A stretch of DNA of 64,000 bases from positions 59,578 through 123,577 of the forward strand of contig JAXLXE010000002.1 of assembly GCA_046328115.1 (NCBI GenBank), written 5' to 3'. Numbering within the stretch: the stretch's first letter is position 1; each line of letters starts with the position of its first letter. Both the position numbers and the translations under genes were made by a program. Below the pieces are notes generated by a model. It was given only the letters and a program-made list of their open reading frames with translations. It had not been told where the DNA came from and did not search any database. This document shows, piece after piece, positions 28,818 to 38,236 of the stretch. Origin of the DNA: Chloroflexota bacterium (lineage in GTDB: Bacteria; Chloroflexota; UBA6077; JACCZL01).

Positions 28818-31421
28818 TCAGGTACGCTCATGCCCGTTCCGGAGGGCTGCCTCCGCTTGTCGCGCTAGAGCAAAGCAGGCCTCCTGCAGTCTAGCCGCAA
28901 ACGCGCCCGCGGACTCGCTTTGCTCCATCCGCATGGGCTCGCCAAACGCTATTGCTAGCGGCGCGCGGGTGATCGCGAGCGGAACACCCCCGATCACGAT
29001 GCCCTTGTGGTGGTCCACGGTTGGGGGGATCAAGTCCTCCGTCCCGGCCGTGCCGAACGGGACTACCGCGGCGTCTAGCGCCTGGGCCAGCACCGAGACT
29101 CCCGGCTTGAACCTGGCCGCGGGGTCATTTGCTGCCTCGAGCTCGGGCTCCACGTGCTGACCCTGCGGAAAGATCATGATGGCACTTCCCCGTTCCGCCA
29201 ATCGCGCCAACCCCCGCAGGCTGGCATCTCGCTGCCGATCCTGGTGCAGCGCGTAAATCCCCCACGCGATCCGGGCGTAGTTGGCGAGCACGCCTGCCCG
29301 GGCAACACCGCCCGCCCATGCCGCCACAACGAGACGAGAGTCCAGGCCGTGGGCCGGCGAATGCGCCAGGCCATAGCGGACCAGCGGGTGGTCAGCGAAG
29401 CTGTGGTGGGTACCGGCCAGGATGACACGCTGAGGCAGATTTGCCAGATGCTCGGCGCCGATGACTGAGATCCGCCGCGCCGCCAGCCTGAACAACACGT
29501 CAAAGGGAAAGCCAATCCAGCGAAATACACGTCCCCACGTATACGGCCAGAGCGGCTGCTCCACGGGCACACCACCCCCATCAGGGCCGGCAACCGCCTC
29601 ATCCGAGCCCAGCGGCGGAGCCTGAGACATGACTTCCCGAACCTCCGCCACCGTCATGTCTGGACGCAAGTCAGCGTCGCTCACGGCACGTCCCGTTTTC
29701 TCCTCCAGGGCGAGCGCTAGCTCTACCAGCATCAGGCTGTCCAACCCAAGCTCCGCTAGCGTCTGCTGGGGGCCGGGAGCGCCCGAGCGCGCCACAGCGG
29801 CTATCGCCTGTCCAATCGGATCGTCCGCGGCTAGCGTGGCGTCCACCACCGCCGCCGCGTGCACGGCCTCCGGCGCCGGCAAGAGGTGCCGCCGTACTTT
29901 GAGGGTGTTGGTGCGCGGAAAATCCGGATCTGGCCACCAGGACGCGGTGGCCACCCGCTGGTGCAGCGCCAGCCGACCGTTGCTCTCCGCCACAATCGTG
30001 CGTACGTCCAGATCTCGCGAGGCGGGGGCGGTGGGGAGCAGGTACGCGTGGAGCGTGGCGCCGCCGCCGGCGCCCGGCACCAGAATCACGGCCGCGTCTG
30101 ACACGTGCGGATGGTGCCGTAGCACGTCCTCCACATCTCCGGGCCACACGTTCATACCGGAGGGCAGGACAATGAGCTCCTTGGCACGCCCGGCCAGCCT
30201 GATGTTGCCTTGAGGGTCAATGGTGGCAAGGTCGCCCGTGGAATACCAACCGTCGTGCAGCGCCTCCGCCGTCCGCTCCGGGTCCTTCCAGTATCCGCGC
30301 ATCACGTTTGGACCGTAGACCTGAAGCTCGCCGTCCGCACTCAGCCGCACCTGTACGTCACGGATGGGCCTGCCCACGCTCCCCAGCGGCGTGGAGCCGT
30401 CGGGCGCGCCGCATGCCACCACCGGAGAGCACTCGCTCGCGCCGTAGCCCTGAACCACTCGGACGCCCAGCCGCTCCCAGAGACGCTGGGTCTCCGGCGG
30501 CAGCGCGGCCCCGCCGGAGGCCACCATGACCAGGTGTCCGCCAAGCTTTCTGTGGACCGCGAAAAACAGCGCGCGCCGGGCCCGCAAGGGCAGGCGGTCC
30601 GCCAACGCCATCATCCCCTCAAAGACCCGAGGCGACAGCTTGGCGCGTAGCTGGGTCTCTAGCGTCTGCCCCATCAGCGTGAAGAGCTGCGGCACCGCGA
30701 TCATGTGGGTGATCCGCTGCTCGTTGAATACCCGCAGAATGTCTGGTCCGCGGCGACTGGGAACGTAGTGGATCGCTGCTCCGCGCGAAAGTGGGTACAG
30801 CAGCCCGCCTGTCAGCTCGAATAGGTGAGACAGCGGCAGAATACTGGCCAGCCTGCAGCTTGGGTCAACGGGGATGTTGTCCGACAGGACATTGACCTGA
30901 GAGCAGAGATTCCCATGGGTGATCATGCAGCCCTTGGGATTGCCCGTGGTGCCAGAGGTGAACACGATCGCCGCCAGGTCCTGCGACGGTCGGGACCAGG
31001 GGCTCGCCGCCACCTCGGAACCTGTCGTAGCCGGCTCCCACCATTCGACCACCAGATCTGTCCGCGCCCAAGCTGGGCGTTCCGAGACTCCCGCCACGAT
31101 GAGCCGCGGCTCAACGAGGTCGATGATCCGCGCCGCCGCCTCCGGATTCATTTCGCGATCGAAGGGCACGACAATGGCACCCAGCTTCCAAAGCGCAAAG
31201 TGGTACACGGGCGTGCGCCAATCGCTCGGCATCCACAACACCACGCGGTCCCCCTCGAGGACTCCGCGATCGGCCAGTTCCCTGGCCAGCGCATCAGTGG
31301 CCGCGAGCAGCTCCCGGCTATTCAGCGTACGCCAGGCGAGACCCTGCTGCGAGCCCAGCGCGATCGCGTCAGGATACCGTCGCGCGCGCTCCACAACGAG
31401 CTCATACAGATGCCCAAACAC
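28818..31421 (-). CDS. Tri-domain AMP-dependent acyl ligase / acyl carrier domain / lysophospholipid-type acyltransferase
   Basis: TSGTTGNPKG, YGASE and GWYSTGD (adenylation). LGLDSL (phosphopantetheine Ser). HHSFAD (HX4D) plus FPQG (PlsC-type). Confidence 0.85.
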   Translation of the reverse strand: MFGHLYELVVERARRYPDAIALGSQQGLAWRTLNSRELLAATDALARELADRGVLEGDRVVLWMPSDWRTPVYHFALWKLGAIVVPFDREMNPEAAARIIDLVEPRLIVAGVSERPAWARTDLVVEWWEPATTGSEVAASPWSRPSQDLAAIVFTSGTTGNPKGCMITHGNLCSQVNVLSDNIPVDPSCRLASILPLSHLFELTGGLLYPLSRGAAIHYVPSRRGPDILRVFNEQRITHMIAVPQLFTLMGQTLETQLRAKLSPRVFEGMMALADRLPLRARRALFFAVHRKLGGHLVMVASGGAALPPETQRLWERLGVRVVQGYGASECSPVVACGAPDGSTPLGSVGRPIRDVQVRLSADGELQVYGPNVMRGYWKDPERTAEALHDGWYSTGDLATIDPQGNIRLAGRAKELIVLPSGMNVWPGDVEDVLRHHPHVSDAAVILVPGAGGGATLHAYLLPTAPASRDLDVRTIVAESNGRLALHQRVATASWWPDPDFPRTNTLKVRRHLLPAPEAVHAAAVVDATLAADDPIGQAIAAVARSGAPGPQQTLAELGLDSLMLVELALALEEKTGRAVSDADLRPDMTVAEVREVMSQAPPLGSDEAVAGPDGGGVPVEQPLWPYTWGRVFRWIGFPFDVLFRLAARRISVIGAEHLANLPQRVILAGTHHSFADHPLVRYGLAHSPAHGLDSRLVVAAWAGGVARAGVLANYARIAWGIYALHQDRQRDASLRGLARLAERGSAIMIFPQGQHVEPELEAANDPAARFKPGVSVLAQALDAAVVPFGTAGTEDLIPPTVDHHKGIVIGGVPLAITRAPLAIAFGEPMRMEQSESAGAFAARLQEACFALARQAEAALRNGHERT

Positions 31422-31622
31422 GGTAACCTCCCGAGCACCGCGTGAGACCGCGCCGGACGGGGAAACACGTTCCTACGGGACATGCCCCCTCGGCGCGCAC
31501 GCGCCGCGCCGCAATTTGGAAGTGTAGGCCATCCACGTGTGTTTTCTATCGCGGCTGCTCCAGGAGAGCGCAAGTCTTAATCAGCGACCGGCACTGTGCT
31601 ATCCTCGATAGGACGGGGGTTT

Positions 31623-33011
31623 ATGACTGTGAACGTGTTGACGCGAGTTTTCTTGGCATGCGCGCTGGTGGCGGCGGTGGGCGCGACCCACGCGGGCAAT
31701 GCGCTAGCCAGTCCTCCAGCCGGCCTGACCTCCGGCCTCGAGCGCGTCCTTGCCGACTCCGCGTCGACAGCGCCGGTGCTGAGCGAGGGGTACCAGAAGC
31801 TGCTGGACTTCTTCGTGCTACCGCTGAAGTCGGGAGACATTCTGGATGCGGCCTGGGATGCCGGGGTAACGGCGCTGTCGCAGGCGGGAGCGGGGGCGCC
31901 GACGGGTGACCGCCCACGGTTCTCGAATCAAAAGGACGCAGACTGGAAGACATTCGCGGAAAGCTACGCCGAGCTGGTGCAGCTCGCGGACGGGAAGCTG
32001 GACCGCGCCATCCTGGACCGCGTGATCCTCGCCGGGATGGCGGCGTCCGCTCACGAGAACCACACGCGGTTCATCTCCAAGGAGCAATTCAAAGAGGCCC
32101 AGTCAGCCATCAGCAACAACGTCCGGTACGGCGGTATCGGCGCAAGGTTCAACCGCGAGCTGGTGGTAATCGAGGTGTTCGACGGCAGTCCCGCCGCCAG
32201 GCAGGGCCTCCGGCCCGGCGATCAGCTCTTACAGGTAGACGGTGCCTCAGTGGAAGGCCAGACCCCCACGGAAGCGAGCGCGCGCGTGCGCGGGGAGATC
32301 GGCACCAGCGTGACGCTCACCGTGCGGCGCAGCGGCGAGCTGGCCTCCCTCGCGTTCACCCGCGAGGAGATCAAGTTGGACTGGCTGGTGGCGCGGGTCT
32401 CAGACGACGGCATCGGGTTCATGACGGTGCGTCAGTTCCCGTCTCCTCAGGCAATTGGTGCGTTCAATAAGGCCATTGAGACCTTCCAGGCCCAGGACGT
32501 CTCCGCCCTGGTCATCGATCTTCGCGGCAACTCGGGTGGATCCGTGGACACAGGCGAACAGATGCTCAGCCGCTTCATCAAGTCAGGACCGCTCTATCAG
32601 CGGATCGACCGTCGAGGCGGGCAACGAACGGTGCAGGCCTTTGGCGACCACTGGGGCAAGAACGTACCCATCGTCGTGCTTACGGACGGCGGAAGCGGAT
32701 CGATGAGCGAGATCTTCGCCGCCGCGATGCAGGAAAACGGCGTGGCTCGCGTCCTGGGCACGAAGACCGCGGGCAGCGTTGCCGCCTCTGTCTACCACCC
32801 ACTGAGCGACGGCTCCGCCATGCAGATCGCCCACTCCCTGATCAAATCTAGCCAGGGCAAGACGCTGGACAATTCCGGGCTGGAGCCTGATGAGGTGGTG
32901 GAGCTGGACGCGGCCGCATTGCGTGCGGGCCGAGACACGCAGCGCGAGGCCGCGGTTGACTACCTCAGGCGCCAGGTAGGCATGGCACGCGCCAGCTCCG
33001 CCACGGAATAG
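31623..33011 (+). CDS. S41 C-terminal processing peptidase with PDZ domain
   Basis: Signal peptide MTVNVLTRVFLACALVAAVGA. PDZ GSPAARQGLRPGDQLLQVDG. DLRGNSGG and GSGSMSEIFA...GTKTAGS. Confidence 0.85.
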   Translation: MTVNVLTRVFLACALVAAVGATHAGNALASPPAGLTSGLERVLADSASTAPVLSEGYQKLLDFFVLPLKSGDILDAAWDAGVTALSQAGAGAPTGDRPRFSNQKDADWKTFAESYAELVQLADGKLDRAILDRVILAGMAASAHENHTRFISKEQFKEAQSAISNNVRYGGIGARFNRELVVIEVFDGSPAARQGLRPGDQLLQVDGASVEGQTPTEASARVRGEIGTSVTLTVRRSGELASLAFTREEIKLDWLVARVSDDGIGFMTVRQFPSPQAIGAFNKAIETFQAQDVSALVIDLRGNSGGSVDTGEQMLSRFIKSGPLYQRIDRRGGQRTVQAFGDHWGKNVPIVVLTDGGSGSMSEIFAAAMQENGVARVLGTKTAGSVAASVYHPLSDGSAMQIAHSLIKSSQGKTLDNSGLEPDEVVELDAAALRAGRDTQREAAVDYLRRQVGMARASSATE

Positions 33012-33013
33012 GG

Positions 33014-33565
33014 GTGTCCACGGGATCCGCAGCGGAGTCCGCTGACCACTCCTCGCCGCCAGTTCCGCCGATCAGCCCACGGGAGCGGGCGATGTTCTAC
33101 GTGCGGCTGGTCGCCGGTGCGCTCCTGATGTACCTGGGCATAGCCCACTTGCTGGATCAGGTGAGCGTTCGCGACGCGCTCGTACGGCACGCTGTGTGGC
33201 AAGCGTGGCCTCTCGTAGGCGGATACTCCGCACTGGAGCTCACACTACGGCTGGCGGCGCTGGAGTTCTTCCTGGGTGTCTTCGTCTTCGGCGGCCTGCT
33301 CACGCGATTTCTGGCGCCAATCTCCGCGCTGGTCACCGCGGCGCAGGTTGTGGCGTTGCAGGCTGACGCATATCTCGGTGCCTGGCTGGCCACGGTCGCC
33401 GCCGCGGCCGTGAGCGTGTGGGGCGGCGGACGCGGGACCATGGATTCTTCTCTTGGTCGCATGCAGCGGCGTTCGATCGAGCGCGAGGCGGAGCGCACGC
33501 GATTGCGCGCCGAAGCGCGCGAGGCCAGGCAACGTGCCAGTGATGAGGCAACGGGCGAAGCGTGA
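33014..33565 (+). CDS. DoxX-like small membrane protein with charged C-terminal tail
   Basis: About four hydrophobic helices and an RE-rich tail. The start may instead be ATG 33092. Confidence 0.5.
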   Translation: MSTGSAAESADHSSPPVPPISPRERAMFYVRLVAGALLMYLGIAHLLDQVSVRDALVRHAVWQAWPLVGGYSALELTLRLAALEFFLGVFVFGGLLTRFLAPISALVTAAQVVALQADAYLGAWLATVAAAAVSVWGGGRGTMDSSLGRMQRRSIEREAERTRLRAEAREARQRASDEATGEA

Positions 33566-33596
33566 CGTGATCGCGCCTACAAGGCACGCGCAAATA

Positions 33597-33633
33597 GGAA
33601 GGGGCGGCGATCAGAGTGATCGCCGCCCCTTCC
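33597..33633. terminator. Perfect 16-bp hairpin between convergent genes (bidirectional terminator)
   Basis: GGAAGGGGCGGCGATC-agagt-GATCGCCGCCCCTTCC, flanked by T-containing tracts on both strands. Confidence 0.65.
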
Positions 33634-33660
33634 TGTTTGCCCGGTACGGACACGCGGGCG

Positions 33661-33960
33661 TTACGAAGCCCGGGCGATCTTTGGCGGCCGTCCCCGCCTT
33701 GGGCGAAGGTCCTCGGCGGAAAGCGGTCGGCGGTCCACCCAGACATCCTCCGTATCCTGCAGCCAGAGCCGTCCTGAGCAGTACGGGCAGCGCATCTTGC
33801 GGACCGCGTCCACGTGGGCGGGGTTTCGTAGCTTGATGGAGCCGGCCTCCAGCACCCGATCTTTCGGGCCCTGGGCCGTCGCAATGGCTCTCGTGCACAA
33901 AATGCAGGTCAGGTCTCCTCGGACCTCCCAAGCGGTCAGCGCACTTACATCCGTCAACAT
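33661..33960 (-). CDS. Small Zn-ribbon protein with C-terminal AT-hook-like motif
   Basis: AAGGAGGG lies 5 nt before the ATG. CxxC (CILC) plus CxxC (CPYC). C-terminal RPRRGRPPK. Confidence 0.55.
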   Translation of the reverse strand: MLTDVSALTAWEVRGDLTCILCTRAIATAQGPKDRVLEAGSIKLRNPAHVDAVRKMRCPYCSGRLWLQDTEDVWVDRRPLSAEDLRPRRGRPPKIARAS

Positions 33961-34235
33961 GGGTTCCCTCCTTGGAGGCTCGGACGAATCGGTGCCGAGT
34001 CGAGATTCCTCTGGACTGACCAGAGTTTCTCAGGTGCACCTAAGCGTCAGGTGAGCCCAACATAAAGAACAGATAAGGATTCCTCGGCCCCGTGATCTCC
34101 GCTTCCCTGCTCGCCACGGCCCGAGATACCCAGATAATCGGCAGTCCACGCCCGGCCAACAGCCCCCGAGCAACGGCCCATACTGGCTGCTATAGTCCCA
34201 GCCAACCTTGCGCCAGCAATGAGGAAGCGAGCCCC

Positions 34236-34631
34236 ATGAGCGGCATCAGAGTCATCAGGCCCAGTGAGCGGTCCCGCTCATCTACGCAGACCAGCGGGAT
34301 GGTTCGTGAGTCCGGCGTGGCACCGGACACCACCGGCTCCCAGACCATCTGGTCGGGCGTGGTCACCACACCGCCCGGCGTCGCCTCCGGCGTGCACCAC
34401 CACGGCGACTGCGAGAGCGCCATTTACGTTGTGCGAGGTCGTGCTCGATTTCGCTTCGGCCCAACGCTGGAGCACGTCGTGGACGTGGGCCCGGGGGACT
34501 TCCTTTTTGTCCCGCCAAACGAGGTTCACTCAGAAGAGAACCTGAGCCAGACCGACGATTTCGAGATGGTGGTGTCGCGCGGCTGCTCCACCGCCGTGAC
34601 CGTAAACGTGCCGGATCCCCGCGGCAGCTAG
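34236..34631 (+). CDS. Cupin domain protein
   Basis: GVHHHGDCESAIYVVRG...GDFLFVPPNEVH. Start re-placed at ATG 34236. Confidence 0.75.
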   Translation: MSGIRVIRPSERSRSSTQTSGMVRESGVAPDTTGSQTIWSGVVTTPPGVASGVHHHGDCESAIYVVRGRARFRFGPTLEHVVDVGPGDFLFVPPNEVHSEENLSQTDDFEMVVSRGCSTAVTVNVPDPRGS

Positions 34632-34643
34632 TAGCGCTGCCGG

Positions 34644-36230
34644 TCAGCCGGTATGGAGGGCCACGGCCCCAGCCGCGACTCCATCACGCGCTGGAGCGGG
34701 CTGCCTGGCGTCTAGCAGGCTGGACGGCAGCGAGACCACAAACGTCGTGCCCTGATGCGGAGAGCTCTGCACGACGATCGTGCCGCCATGTTCTTCAACG
34801 ATCCACCGGGCAATCGCAAGTCCCAGCCCCGTCCCGTCGCGGTCCCCGGCCGCGGAGCGCGTCCTGCTGGGGTCCGCCCGGTAAAAGCGGTCGAAGACGT
34901 GGGGCAGGTCACGCGGATCAATGCCCTCGCCACTGTCTGACACCCAGGCGCGTGCGTGGCCACCTTCCAGACGGGCCCCAAGCGTGATCGCGCCCTCGGC
35001 GGGTGTGTATCGAACCGCGTTGTCAACCAGGATCAGCAGCATCTCCTTGAGGTAGTCCGCGTCACCCATGACGCCTATTGGCCCGTCAAGATCCAGTTGC
35101 ACGCGGTGCTGCTTGGCCAGCGCCAGCAGGCGCGCCTGACGGAACACCTCCTCAACCACGCGATCCAGCGCCACCGGCTTCAGCCGATCAATACGCAGGC
35201 CAGAGTCCGCGCGCGCCAACGTCAACAGGTTGCCAACGAGCCGGCTCAGCCGCTCTATCTCAGCCAGGGCGTCCGCCATGGCCTCCTCGCGGTCGCTACG
35301 AGATAGGGCCTCGCCAGCACGCTGCAGCAGATCCAGGTTCATCCGAATGGTGGCCAGCGGGGTCCGAAGCTCGTGTGAAGCGTCCGCGACGAACCTGCGC
35401 TGCGATTCCAGTGCCTGCTCGGAATCCTGGTACGCCTCCTGCAGGCGATCGAGCATCTCGTTGAATGTCGCCGCCAGACGGCCCACCTCATCCCGTGGGG
35501 GGAGCTCCGCGACGCGCCTGGCAAAGTCCCGCCGCTCGCCGATCTCCCGCGCCCCCCGCGTCAATCTGTCGATAGGCCTCAACGCCACGGTAGACAACCA
35601 CCAGCCGGCCGCCACTGCCACCGCCAGTGTGATTGCGCCCACCACCACGACGACGATCTTCAGCCACCCCAGCACACCTTCGATTTCGCTGAGCGCGCGC
35701 CCAACCTGGACCACGCCGAGCGCACGGTCGCCGATGCGCGGGGCAGGATCGATCGGCGCATACAACACGCGTACCCGCGATCCGCCCACGATCTCCGTAC
35801 GAAGCTCAACCCGACGCGACATGACGCGGGCCACCGCGCGACGGTCCACCGGCAAGCTCGTATCTCCCAGGTTCGAGGACCGCACCAGGATGTCCGCGTC
35901 GGAGTTCACAAGCTGTACAAAGAGCCCGGGCGAGGCAAACACATCAACGTTCGGCGGGTTCACCTGAAAAGCCACCGGACCCAGGCCCGGGCCCGTGGTT
36001 CCTACAACCTGGACAGATGTGGTGCCATTGATCTCCTGCGCCTGAGAGGCGAGATTCTCATCAACTTCGCGCAGGAGAAACGTCTCCAGGGCGGCGTAGA
36101 TGAGCGCGTCGGAGATGAGTGCGCTGGTGGCAAAGACAAACGTGTACAGCAGCGCCAATCGCCAGCGGATCGACGACATTGCAAGCCACATGTGACGCAC
36201 GATCCGGACGAGTCTGACCCTACGAGTCAT
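34644..36230 (-). CDS. Sensor histidine kinase (TM-sensor-TM-HAMP-HisKA-HATPase)
   Basis: H-box ADASHELRTPLA, N-box LVDNAVRYT, G-boxes DSGEGI and GTGLGLAI. Confidence 0.85.
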   Translation of the reverse strand: MTRRVRLVRIVRHMWLAMSSIRWRLALLYTFVFATSALISDALIYAALETFLLREVDENLASQAQEINGTTSVQVVGTTGPGLGPVAFQVNPPNVDVFASPGLFVQLVNSDADILVRSSNLGDTSLPVDRRAVARVMSRRVELRTEIVGGSRVRVLYAPIDPAPRIGDRALGVVQVGRALSEIEGVLGWLKIVVVVVGAITLAVAVAAGWWLSTVALRPIDRLTRGAREIGERRDFARRVAELPPRDEVGRLAATFNEMLDRLQEAYQDSEQALESQRRFVADASHELRTPLATIRMNLDLLQRAGEALSRSDREEAMADALAEIERLSRLVGNLLTLARADSGLRIDRLKPVALDRVVEEVFRQARLLALAKQHRVQLDLDGPIGVMGDADYLKEMLLILVDNAVRYTPAEGAITLGARLEGGHARAWVSDSGEGIDPRDLPHVFDRFYRADPSRTRSAAGDRDGTGLGLAIARWIVEEHGGTIVVQSSPHQGTTFVVSLPSSLLDARQPAPARDGVAAGAVALHTG

Positions 36231-36925
36231 TCGCGCAGCACGTACCCAGCCTGGCGTACGGTGTGGAGCAGGCGGGCGCCGCCCCCCGCCTCCAGCTTCT
36301 GCCGAAGCTGCCCAACGTAGACCGGTACGAGATTCGATTCACCCTCAAAATCGTAACCCCATACCTGCTCCAGGATGTAACTATGCGGCAGCACACGGTT
36401 GGGATGGCGCATGAACAGCGCCAGCAGGTCGAACTCCTTGGTGGTCAGGCGGATCGGGCCTTCGCCCCGGCGGACCTCACGGGACCCGGTGTCCAGCGTC
36501 AGGTCCGCAAACCGGTAGACGGCGCTCGGCGCATCACCCTGCTCAGACTCCCGCCGCCGTAGGCGCGCGCGCACGCGCGCCAGCAGCTCCTCAACAGCGA
36601 ACGGCTTCACCAGGTAGTCGTCAGCGCCGGCCTCCAGACCGGCTACTCGGTCAGGCACCGCGCCAAGCGCCGAGATCATCAGCACCGGTACGCCGCCGCC
36701 AGCGTGCAACCGACGTGCCACCTCCAGGCCGTTGATCCCCGGCAACAGCACGTCTAGCACTACCAGGTCTGGCGGCTCGTCGCGCGCCATTTGGAGCGCC
36801 GCCGTACCGTTGGAGGCCACTCTCACGCGGTAGCCCTCGTACGCGAGCACGCGACGTATCGTCGCTACCAACCGCTCATCGTCCTCCACCACCAGAATGG
36901 TGGTGGTGGGTTCAGTGGCTGCCAT
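36227..36925 (-). CDS. OmpR-family response regulator
   Basis: ILVVEDD, DLVVLDVLLPG and a winged-helix C-terminus (LTTKEFDLL...VRQAGYVL). 4-nt overlap with the kinase gene. Confidence 0.9.
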   Translation of the reverse strand: MAATEPTTTILVVEDDERLVATIRRVLAYEGYRVRVASNGTAALQMARDEPPDLVVLDVLLPGINGLEVARRLHAGGGVPVLMISALGAVPDRVAGLEAGADDYLVKPFAVEELLARVRARLRRRESEQGDAPSAVYRFADLTLDTGSREVRRGEGPIRLTTKEFDLLALFMRHPNRVLPHSYILEQVWGYDFEGESNLVPVYVGQLRQKLEAGGGARLLHTVRQAGYVLRE

Positions 36926-36990
36926 GCCGCACATTGTAAGACGGCGCCGCGTGGGCCGGGGTGGGGGGCGATCCCGCCACCCCGTCTCAA

Positions 36991-38094
36991 CTACGGCACC
37001 AGGCTGGCGCGGGTGATGTGCCCCTTGTCCTGCTCCGCCATCACCTCGTTCACCTGGTCCAGCGGGAACTTGTGCGAGATGATCTTGTGGAACGGGTACT
37101 GTGCTCGTTTGGTGGTGAGGAGGTTAACCGCCTCTCGGAGATGGCGCGGCTCGTACACGTGGATGCCGAAGATGGACGCGTTATTGGTCACCCAGAACGA
37201 TGGGTCCGCGGCATAGGTGAGACCCGGCGAGATGTTGCCGATCTCCACGTAACGCGCGCCCTGAGCCATCATCTTCATGCCCTCTTCAACCACCGACGGG
37301 AACCCGGCCACGTCCACCACAACGTCAGCACCCCAGCCGCCGGTCAGCTCCTTGACCCGCGCGGCCCGATCGTCCGGGGTCTTCGATTCGCGCATGTCGA
37401 TGATGTCTGTGGCGCCAAATCCCTCCGCCAGGTCCAGCCGCTCAGCCACCCCGTCCACAACGATGACGCGACCGGCGCCCCGCTCCCGCGCCACCGCGAT
37501 GGCGTACATCCCCAGGCCACCGGCGCCCTGGATGACCACCGTCTCGCCCATCGTCAAGCCGCCAATGTCGAGCCCGCCGACAACCTGCGAGAACGCGCAG
37601 TTGACGCCCGCCAGCATCTCCTCGGAGATCGTGGGGTCGTCAATTCGAAACATGGTGTGGTTCGGTCGGAGGTAGAAATAGTCTCCGAAGCCGCCATTGA
37701 AATGTGGCCACTGGTCACAGCCCACGGCCGTGTGTGCGTATCGCTGAGGGCAGGCACGCGAGCGGTCATTCAGGCAGTTCTTGCAGCGCCGGCAGGGGAA
37801 GAAGTACTGAAAGACGACCCGATCTCCCACCTTCACCGGCTTACCATCGGAATCAGTCTTCAGCCCATCACCCAGCTTCTCGATGAAGCCGGTCATCTCG
37901 TGCCCAACGTGTCGCGGGAGGGCCCAATTTCGCTTTCGCGGATCCAGCTCACCCCGCCAGACGTGTAGGTCCGAACCGCACACATTCGCCAGCGTGATGC
38001 GGATGAGCGCTGCCCCAGGCTCTGGATCCGGCACGGGGAACTCGCGGATCACCAGCGGTGCTCCCGCCTCTTCCAGCACGACCGCGCGGCCCAT
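36991..38094 (-). CDS. Zinc-dependent alcohol dehydrogenase (MDR family)
   Basis: CGSDLH, GHEMTG, structural-Zn CRRCKNC and GAGGLG. Start re-placed at ATG 38094. Confidence 0.85.
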   Translation of the reverse strand: MGRAVVLEEAGAPLVIREFPVPDPEPGAALIRITLANVCGSDLHVWRGELDPRKRNWALPRHVGHEMTGFIEKLGDGLKTDSDGKPVKVGDRVVFQYFFPCRRCKNCLNDRSRACPQRYAHTAVGCDQWPHFNGGFGDYFYLRPNHTMFRIDDPTISEEMLAGVNCAFSQVVGGLDIGGLTMGETVVIQGAGGLGMYAIAVARERGAGRVIVVDGVAERLDLAEGFGATDIIDMRESKTPDDRAARVKELTGGWGADVVVDVAGFPSVVEEGMKMMAQGARYVEIGNISPGLTYAADPSFWVTNNASIFGIHVYEPRHLREAVNLLTTKRAQYPFHKIISHKFPLDQVNEVMAEQDKGHITRASLVP

Positions 38095-38236
38095 GGTCAC
38101 CACTTTCCAACCTCCTCCGCGGGCCTCACGGCCGACCGACGGATAGACCCGCGGAGGGTACCATAGAGTGAGGCGGACCAACGCGGATCCAGCCCTGTCT
38201 GGCACTCACGTGAACGACGGCTGCTCGTGTGCGAGC

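Noticed and set aside
33333-33884. 183 aa minus-strand ORF spanning the DoxX-like gene end and the Zn-ribbon gene
   Set aside because: It runs straight through the perfect bidirectional terminator hairpin and is Arg/Pro-rich. The two annotated frames are better supported.
36961-37968. 335 aa plus-strand ORF antisense to the Zn-ADH gene
   Set aside because: The opposite strand has all the MDR alcohol dehydrogenase motifs, and this frame has none.
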